A stretch of 64,000 nt of DNA from Salpingoeca rosetta (taxonomy: Eukaryota; Protista; Choanoflagellata). Shown here in pieces: positions 55,448-64,000 of this stretch; position 1 is the first letter of the stretch, and every line of letters starts with the position of its first letter. Made by a program: the position numbers and the translations under genes. The stretch is from NCBI GenBank assembly GCA_033442325.1, contig JAWQFM010000009.1:925729-989728 (forward strand), in the 5' to 3' direction. A model generated the notes under the pieces. That model did no database searches and was not told where the DNA came from. It was given only the letters and a program-made list of their open reading frames with translations.

Positions 55448-55491
55448 GTCAGAACGCCCGCACGCGCGTATTGTCGAAAATCCAGAGCAAG

Positions 55492-55756
<265 letters not shown>

Positions 55757-55786
55757 TTTCTCCGTCCCTGCCTCGTGTTTACGCAC

Positions 55787-57392
55787 CGACAAAGTCGCCC
55801 GAGAGTTCTCGATGCCCGCACTTGATCTTGTGGGTTGGGGTTGCGAGTGGAAGGGCGTCCACGTCGTTGAGGATGAGGCGATAGTCGTCAGAGATGAGAA
55901 ACTGAGAAAGCAGCTTCCCGACGCTGTCGGCATCGCACATGACAAATGCACCATTGCTGCTCGCTTGATGATGCAAGTGGACCAGTATCGACGCGTAGTC
56001 CTGTGCGAACAAGACGAAACGACCAAAGCATATTGTGAGCTGGCTGGGGCCTTGAGGCGACAGTCAGCTGGAGGTCATGTCGCGCGCTTTGGTTTCGGAA
56101 GAGCGGCCCACACGCGTGCATTCACATCAAATCACAGTCTTTCAGCAGTCAGTCACGCAAGCTACAACGCTGCAGCGTGCACGTACCTCGACGAGTTGGA
56201 GCCGAAGCTCAAGCGCGTCCTCCACTTGTGCCGCAACAGCATTGACATTCAGGGCAGACCCGAGCCGGTACAGCTGCAATGAGCGAGACGTGTGTGATGT
56301 TGCAGCATGAATGAACAAATGTATTGATGGACGGTTTGTTGGAGGGTTGAATCGGCAGAGTCGTTTGCATGGGTGGTTGGGTTGTTTGATGCGTTGTTGG
56401 GTTGTTTGATGCGTTGTTGGGTTGTTTGATGAGTTGATGATTGTGAGTCCAAGGATGGGTGAATCGTGAGAAGCGGCACAGGCCGGTGGCCAACGGCAGT
56501 GCTTGCTTGCTTGCAAGCACAAGACGCCCAGATGATGTCGCATGATAACAAGCTGAAACAAAATTGCATGCAGGCAAGCGGAAGGAACGCACCGGAAACA
56601 CCAGCATTGGCGGATCGTTGCAGTGGCCGATGGGACGAATGATGAGTGGATGTGGACCAATGGCGTCCAAGTTGTCCTTGCCCATTTTAAAATCATCCAC
56701 CAATCCAGGGTGTGGACGCGCGACCAACACATCAATGGCGTGCACATGCGGGCCCTTCCATCTCCCCCTGTGCTTGCAAGCAAATCCAGAGATGGACGAC
56801 GGGTGTACCGCAAGCAGCTGTGCGGGTAAACAGGCCTGAAACACAGCACAGAAAAAGAGTACAGGCTCCCGTCGTGCCACCGCGCACATCTCATGCACTC
56901 ATCCACTTGAATGGGCACGACCCTAACGCCCCGCATTCAGACGAATTTACACTTGTACACAGATACAGACACGGGTTTCCTCCTCTTTCCCCTGTCCCGC
57001 CACAATCCACATTGTCAGCACCATCAACATCACCCACTCCCTCCTTCGTACCTGAACAAGGTTTTGACGCCACCTGTGCTAAACTTGGCGAGGCTGCCGA
57101 TGTCGCGGCTAATCTCGTCGCACGTGAGCAGCGGAACGCATTCCACGATGCTGGGTGGGGACGTGAATGTACCACGTGGACACGGGCGGCACTGGCCATC
57201 ATGTGGGTTTATGTAGAACCCTTGGGCGCACGTAAACACAGCACTATGCTCGATCGGTGGCAGCACCTTCAGTGCGGGCGCCCGTCCGTGGATCACACTC
57301 GCCCACCAGCTCGTGGACGCGAGGCCAACAAGCACGAGCGCAGCCAACACCGCAGTCAACCCAGCCACCACATACCGCACCACCAGCTTCAT
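55787..57392 (-). CDS. POMK: Protein O-mannose kinase (POMK/SGK196) homolog, 3'-truncated (exons 57392-57052, 56767-56593, 56273-56187, 56000-55787)
   Basis: Type II TM anchor, CPRGTF...C.PLLTCDEI, GGVK, DDF..G, IGHC, RLQLVEDYASILVHLHH, VMCD, KLLSQFL, LILNDVDALP, IKCGHRELSGDFV. These are the POMK-specific replacements of the HRD/DFG motifs. Confidence 0.9.
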
Positions 57393-57420
57393 CTCACTCC
57401 TCGTTGGCAGTTATTCGAAA

Positions 57421-57426
57421 TTTATT
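57421..57426 (-). terminator. Candidate poly(A) signal AATAAA just after the HSPBAP1 stop
   Basis: The minus strand reads TGA CATA AATAAA TTTCG. Confidence 0.45.
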
Positions 57427-57430
57427 TATG

Positions 57431-57908
57431 TCACCGCAAAACCCCATCAACCACATCTTGGATGACTGCGTGTTGTGTGTGCGGATGCGGATGCGTGTGT
57501 GTTGTTGTTGTGTGTGCGTGTGTGCGTGTGTCGTTGTGTGTGTGCGTGTGCGGATGCGGATGCGTGTGTGTTGTTGTTGTTGTGTGCGTGTGTGCGTGTG
57601 TGCGTGTGTGCATGTGTGAGCTTGAAAAAAAAAACGTGCTGCACGCAACCAAGCGACAAAGCGCAGCCAACAGCACAGCCAACAGCACAGCAAACAGCAC
57701 AGCAAACACACACACACACAGAGTTATGCACACTGCACCTGATGGGTTGATGAGCGCCTCAGCGATGCGTCGTCGGAGAAGCGCTTCAGTTATATCGCCA
57801 CTATCTCTGTCATGCTGTAGGTGAACACCGTTTGCATCGAGAGCAGCGCCCAGGAGTGCAAGCGCCTGCGAGGGCGTCACTGGACTCTGCAACGACAGCC
57901 ACATACAA

Positions 57909-58001
<93 letters not shown>

Positions 58002-59061
58002 TCATCACTCGCAGCAAAGCAGCGTACGTGCACAACACTGGCCATCCATACACTTACACGCATGCATGCGCATACACACGCACACGCACACACGTCAAAG
58101 GAATGCAGCGAGGCACACAACAAACAGACCTGGGTCGGACAGAACCACGTCGGCTGCTGCTCACTTACACATGCCACAACGTACTGTGTCTGTGGGCGAA
58201 GGCAAAACAATTAAGCGCGCGAGTTTGCGCACTGTAAGCTTGGACAAGGAGGAAAGCAAAGGAGCAATAACAACGCCGAAGAGACAGCACATGCGCAAGG
58301 GGTGTCGACGAACACCCTCAGCAGCAGCTCTGCAACCACCCAAGCGCATGCGGCGAAGCATCACAACGTCCGCACACACACACACACACACTAACACACA
58401 TATGCACACACACACACACACACACACACACCATGGCTTCGGAGAGAAGTGCGCGCTTGTCTGCAGGGTGGGATATCCAGAGGTTGGTGGAGATGGCGGT
58501 GGAGGTGCATCGCACATGGTGCCACCAGCCGTGCGGCACGAACAGCACATCGCCAGGCCCCAGCTCCACCCACTGTGCCGCGTGCGCTGCGAGGGCGACA
58601 AAGTCCGGGTGTGCGCTCGCATCTGGCGCCTCAACATCAACACTGCTGCGCACCGTGGACTCCTCAAAAGGCAGCCGTGTCGGATACATGCCACGTGCCA
58701 CCCCCGGTGGAAACATCGTCCAGCGCTTGGTGCCGTCGAGTTGTACGGCAAGGTTGCATCCGTACGTGTCGTAGTGGCACCGCGTGACTGCACCCTCCGT
58801 CCCAAACCAGAAGGCGGCGTTGTCGAGGTTCGCACACTCTGCACTTACACCGAGGGTTTGCCACGGGAAGGAGGTGTCCCTCAGCTTGCGAGGCGCACTG
58901 GCAAAGGCATGCGACACATACTGATATGAAACATATCCCACCATCACATCCGAGGTCCGAGATGATATCCTGGTCACCGTGGCACTGGTTGCGTGAGGAC
59001 TTGATCCTGAGCACTCAACTTCCTCTCCACCAAGATGACCACAACCACCACCACCACCACC

Positions 59062-59118
<57 letters not shown>

Positions 59119-59885
59119 GCCAGTATCGTTGCTGCTGTTGTTGTGGCCATCGGTACTCTTGTGCTTGCTGTCACTTTCGCTCGGCTCTGGCTCCGACTTG
59201 ACAGCATCAGCAACACGCCCACCACGACAAGCGGCATCAACGTCTCGTGCTGGAGGAGGAGGTGGTGGTGTGCTGCGGTCACCCTGCAGTATCCACTGCG
59301 CAAACTGTTTCAGCGTGGTCTCTCTGGTGATGCAGTCTGCTTCCGAAGCAGGCCGCTCGTTCGCCCTGTGGAACAGCGCCTTTACGTTGCACCTGCCAAA
59401 CGCCTGCCAATGCATGCGTGTGAGTGCGTGTGCGTGCGTACGTGTCTGTGTGTGTGTAGGTGTGTAAGTGTGTGTGTGTGTGCGTGTGTGTGCACTTGCC
59501 TGTGTGTGTGAGTGTGTGTGTGTGTGTAAGTGCACTTGCCTGTGAGTATGAGTGTGTGTGCCAATCAGCCAAGCACACAGGCATGACCGATCATCACATG
59601 TGTAGACCCTGTGTTGGTGCATATCATGACCTGGTGTGTGGCTAGTAGCGTGGGCGACCAAAATGCTGAGGGCCAATGAACTGCAGCGCCGCGAAACACC
59701 ACTGGCTCCTTCGCCTGCCCATGGCCGCACTGGGCCCACAGAGAACCATCGCCACCACCACTGCAACCTGCACCATCAAGCTTCACCTCAGCCACTGCCC
59801 GTCCTCGGCTGTGGCTGTCAGCACCACCACTGTCGGCGCCACCATTGTCAGCACCACCTTCCCTCTTGGCTCGTTTTCTTTCCAT
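57431..59885 (-). CDS. HSPBAP1: JmjC-domain protein HSPBAP1
   Basis: EPVVFRGAAVHWP, FWFGTEGAVTRCHYDTYGCNLAVQLDGTKRWTMFPP, MYPTRLPFEESTVRS, LGPGDVLFVPHGWWHHV (HxD...H). Later exons WFCPTQ and EALINPSVIQDVV match the HSPBAP1 WLNPTE and LVNPQV tail motifs. Confidence 0.88.
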
Positions 59886-60072
59886 GATCGTCCTTCCTAG
59901 CTAAGTAGAGAGGGTTGTCGGTGTTCTCGATCTAACCACGCCGTGCGAATCATCAACACACACACCAACAGCCCCCCCCCCCCCCCACACACACACACAG
60001 CACCTTCTCGTGCTTCCCCTCTTCGAGTTGTGAAGAGTGGTGGATGTTTTGGGCCACTTTTCGACGAGGGCA

Positions 60073-60233
60073 ATGGCTGTGGTTGCGGTTGAGGAGATCT
60101 TTGTGCTGCTGGTGGCGGCTGGCATCACCGTGTTGCTGTTTGGTGTCATGCTCTCCATCCGCCAGAAGGCCCGTGTCAACAGCCTTGATCCACGCGGCGC
60201 CATCGACCCACAGCTCCGCAATGCAATGCCCAC

Positions 60234-60319
<86 letters not shown>

Positions 60320-60709
60320 GGTGGGTGGGTGATGTGATACGTGTATCTCCCCCGCACTCTCCCGCTCTCTGTTTCGCGCGCGTTCTCTATTTCGTGTGCG
60401 CGCTCTCTCTCTCTCTCTATCTCGCTCTCTGCTTTGCGCTCTCTGCGTCGAGTATGCGTGTTGGCTGGTTGCTGTTGTTCTGAGACAGTGCCACCATGCC
60501 CAAGTGCATCGTATGCACTCGCTCACGTTGTTCCGTTCCGCGTTTGGTTTGGCTTGTGGACCACTTCACAGTGGATGCAGCAAGCGGTGTCCCAGCATTT
60601 GGAGGACTCGATCCAAACGCGAATCCTGGCGCGCCGCGTCATCCGTGACAAAGACCTCTCCTCCGCACGGGATGACCTGACCACTCTCAAGAACATGGAA
60701 CGCTCCTAA
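60073..60709 (+). CDS. Small single-pass membrane protein (exons 60073-60234, 60572-60709); weak resemblance to the NICE-3/C1orf43 N-terminus
   Basis: MAVVAVEEIFVLLVAAGITVLLFGVMLSIRQKARVNSLDPRG...NAMPT|WMQQAVSQHLEDS...MERS*. The splice junction is phase 0 and in frame. Confidence 0.6.
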
Positions 60710-60990
60710 CCAGACCAAGCAGAAGAAGCAAGTTGACCTCGTGACTGCTGTCAACGCCAACCACGTTCCAAGCAAGCAAGCAAAGAACCCTCACGCTTCA
60801 TTATGGATTCGTTTAATGAATGCCGGCAGAACTAAGCCAGAACACACGACAGCAACAGACACGGCACCAAGAGCAACAACAAGGGGGGGGGGGGTGGTGG
60901 TGCAGTTTGCCGCTAGCAACATGCGCGCGGCACCTGGCCCATGACCCGTGCATCTCGGACACCCAGACCCCGACTTCTTGCTCGCTGCCA

Positions 60991-62984
60991 CTACGCAGAC
61001 ACTTGGCGGATCACCGAATGTCCCCTGTTGCGGTGGCGCAAACACAACAAAGAAGATTGTGAGAGGGGTGCACGCAATATGAGGGGGGGGGGGATGATGA
61101 GGAGGAGGAGGAGGAGGATCAGGCAGCAGCAGCAGCAGAAGCAGCCAACACGCAAAGTGCGGATGCAGTGCTCGTGTGACATCCGCACGACCCCCGACTC
61201 ACACGCGCGCACCTTTCGTCCTTTGAGACGCGGTAATAGATGCGGCCGAGCGAGAAGCGATGCAGCAACTCCAGGAACTTCTCGTCGTGAGTGATGAGCA
61301 GCAGCTGGAAGTTGGGCTGCTTCACCTTGCGGTCATTCACAATGCTGTGCCAGTGCGAGCGTATGCGTGAGTGATCGTGTTCATACGTGAGTGTGTGTGT
61401 GCGTGTGTGTGTGTGTGAGTGAGTGAGAGAGAGAGAGAGAGTGTGTGTGTGTGTGTTGTAGTGTGTGGGTAAGCGAAGGTATGAGCTCACATACATGCAC
61501 ACGTGAATAGTTGGAAGTCGAATAAACGTCATTGCCCCATCACTCCATTCATCGGCTTGCACACATCGAGCAAAATAAGCCAGCACCACACGCACGTACT
61601 CTGCAAGACACTTGGCGAGGGCCTCCTTGTTCTCGTAGTCGAGGTTAGTGGTGGGCTCGTCGAGCGTCAGCACACCGCAGTTGGCGCAGAAGCAGTCGGC
61701 CAATGCCAGCCGGATGATGATCGACGCCATCACCTGCAAGGAGACGGGCATGCACGGGAGTGTGCACGTGTGTGCGTGCACGTGTGTGTGTGTGAATGAG
61801 TGTATGCGTACATGTATGTGCGAGAATGAGTGTGTGTGTAACCCCCCCCCCCTCCTTGAGTGTCTGGCTACCTTTTGTCCTGCGCTGCATCTGCCGCGCA
61901 TGTCGAGGCGCGTGTCGCCCTTCACCATCACCACGCGGTACTGGTAGCTCTTCCCACGCGTCGTCTCCTTCTTCTTCTCCACATCAGACACAATCTCCAC
62001 ATAGTCAATGTCTGAGGAGATGGGGATGAAGTTCAAGCAAACACATCAAGGAGTGGTTGCATGTGAGACATTGGAGAGAGAGAGAGAGTGTGTGTGTGTG
62101 TGTGGATGCAAAGACACCCCCTCCCGCACACATGCACACATGCACACATGCATATATACACACGCGCCGCCCCCACTCCCCCACGCCCACGCCACGCCCA
62201 CGCGTACCGTTGCCTTGGTACGTCTTCTGCCAGATCTCCTTGATGATGCGGTTGATGGACTCCATCTTCAACGCATGGAACTTGACAATCGCGCTACAGG
62301 CAGAAATCAACACGAAGCAATGCCACACGTGCATCGTACGCAGGTGACGGTGAGCGAACACGCCAGTGATCCACCAAACCACAAAGGCGAGCGCTGTTCA
62401 ACACAAAGGCGTGGCCACAGTGTCCGTGGTGTTATCAGGCAAACGATGACAGCAGCCATGACAACAGCGACAAGGAGCTGCAAGGCAACTCCTACTCACT
62501 TGTCGAGGGCCGAGTAGTACTTGTTCAGATCCTCCTGCAGCTGTTTCGTTGCCTGGCATTCAATACTCTTTCGCTGAAACTCTGCATCCACGTTCTTCAG
62601 ATGCGGCTTGCCCAAATCTTCTTCGTCCACCTACATTCACATGCACATGCTTATGTGGGGTCAGCCAAGCACAGGTGATCCCGCGAAGACATGTGTGCGT
62701 TGACTCACATTGTGTTCACATACAGATACACACATACATACACACACATGCATACGCACCTGGAGCTTGTTGAGGAGTTCGCTGCGGCGGCCGGTGAGTG
62801 TGTGCTTGAGCTGCAAGAGTCTGTCTCGTTCTTCCTCCAGCTCGCTACGATCACCAAGGTCACCCTCATCCTCGTCTTGCTCTGTTGCGTTGGAGACAAA
62901 ACACGGCTACGGTGAGAGGGTGGTGGCAGCAGCGGTTGAGACTTCATCACCACACTCAATTCGACACGCACACACATAAACACA

Positions 62985-63054
<70 letters not shown>

Positions 63055-63494
63055 CGCACACACATGCGCACGATGACCACCTGTCATTTCCTGGCGCAGG
63101 GCGTCAGTCTCTGCCTTGACGCGTTGCATCTCCTCCTCCTTCTCCCTGTGCCGCAGGTTTGCCTCGATGTTTGCGCGGTACTGCTTATGCGTGGACACGT
63201 CGGATGAGAGCTGCGACATGTGGCGGTCGAGGTCCTTAATGCGGTCGGAGAGCTCGCGCTGGTCGCGCTGCCGCTCCTCCAACTCCTCCTTGCACTTGGC
63301 AAGCCGCTGCCGCTGCCCAGAGGCAACATACCTGGCCGCGCAGCGTTTGTGTGAGGGCGAGAGAGTGTGAGAGTGTGTGTGAGAGTGTGTGAGAGTGTGT
63401 GTGAGAGAGTGTGTGAGTGGGAGTGGGAGTGCGCATGGGAAATGTTGGGTTGAGCTGGGTTGTGTGCAGCAGGTGATCGAAGCAGGCGTTCGCG

Positions 63495-63586
<92 letters not shown>

Positions 63587-64000
63587 TTGATGTCTGATTC
63601 AATGGCGTCGAGGCGGTTGATGCAGCGCGAGATTTTGTTGACCTCCCGTTGGCTCTTCTCCAACACCTGCTCGCGTTCGTGCTGCAAATCCCGCCGCTCA
63701 CGGTCCGCATCCTCCATCGCCTTCTCGTACTGCTGCTGGTCCGTCCTCAACGCCTGCATACACGCACATGGAGGATACCACGTGCATGTCACGCATACAC
63801 GCACACGTCACTGGTGCAAGTTTCGCTCGTCCCATATCACAACACAGCACATCCACATCCACACACACACACACACACCTTGCGCTGGTCTTGTGTGGCC
63901 GTGAGTTCTTGCGACTGCGCTTGAATCTGCTCGCGCAGGCGCCTGCAGAACAAGATCACAAAGCAAAACGGCAGACCATCTGATGAGAAACTTGCAGAAT
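60991..64000 (-). CDS. RAD50: DNA repair protein RAD50, 3' portion (continues beyond window)
   Basis: Coiled-coil exons, then [81 protein letters not shown] (signature), [11 protein letters not shown] (Walker B/D-loop) and FQLLLITHD (H-loop). Confidence 0.97.

Noticed and set aside
56422-56561. C/D-box-like arrangement (TTGTT-TGATGA ... CTGA-AACAA)
   Set aside because: It is antisense to the host POMK intron, the C box arises from a local 20-nt tandem repeat, and I recognise no rRNA guide.

Overview
Eukaryotic, gene-dense, intron-rich DNA. Nearly every intron carries (GT)n/(CA)n microsatellites, and there is one N gap at 44281-44543. The style and gene content suggest a choanoflagellate, most likely Salpingoeca rosetta; this is an inference, not checked by search. 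By stitching exons at GT..AG sites I can support about 18 protein genes: the 3' end of an unknown gene, a profilin-4-like gene, TRAPPC5, a SAM-PH-FERM/ERM-like protein, a secreted DUF4787 protein, SEC63, a SAMHD1-like dNTPase, a BRWD/PHIP homolog, PUF60, a large orphan, Taspase-1, a MED9-like gene, PPP4C, a secreted Kelch protein, an SRA1-like 5' fragment, POMK (3'-truncated), HSPBAP1, a small membrane protein and the 3' part of RAD50. Most ORFs in the supplied track (poly-HT, poly-CV) are microsatellite artefacts. The most notable items are: a 341-nt compositionally foreign, apparently structured insert in a PUF60 intron; a POMK homolog in a probable non-animal, starting only 38 nt after the HSPBAP1 stop codon; a CNK-like SAM-PH module fused to an ERM/merlin-like FERM protein; a BRWD protein with extra bromodomains; and three places where gene parts disappear exactly at long microsatellites. 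Gene identities come from recalled family motifs, and exon boundaries are hand-placed.
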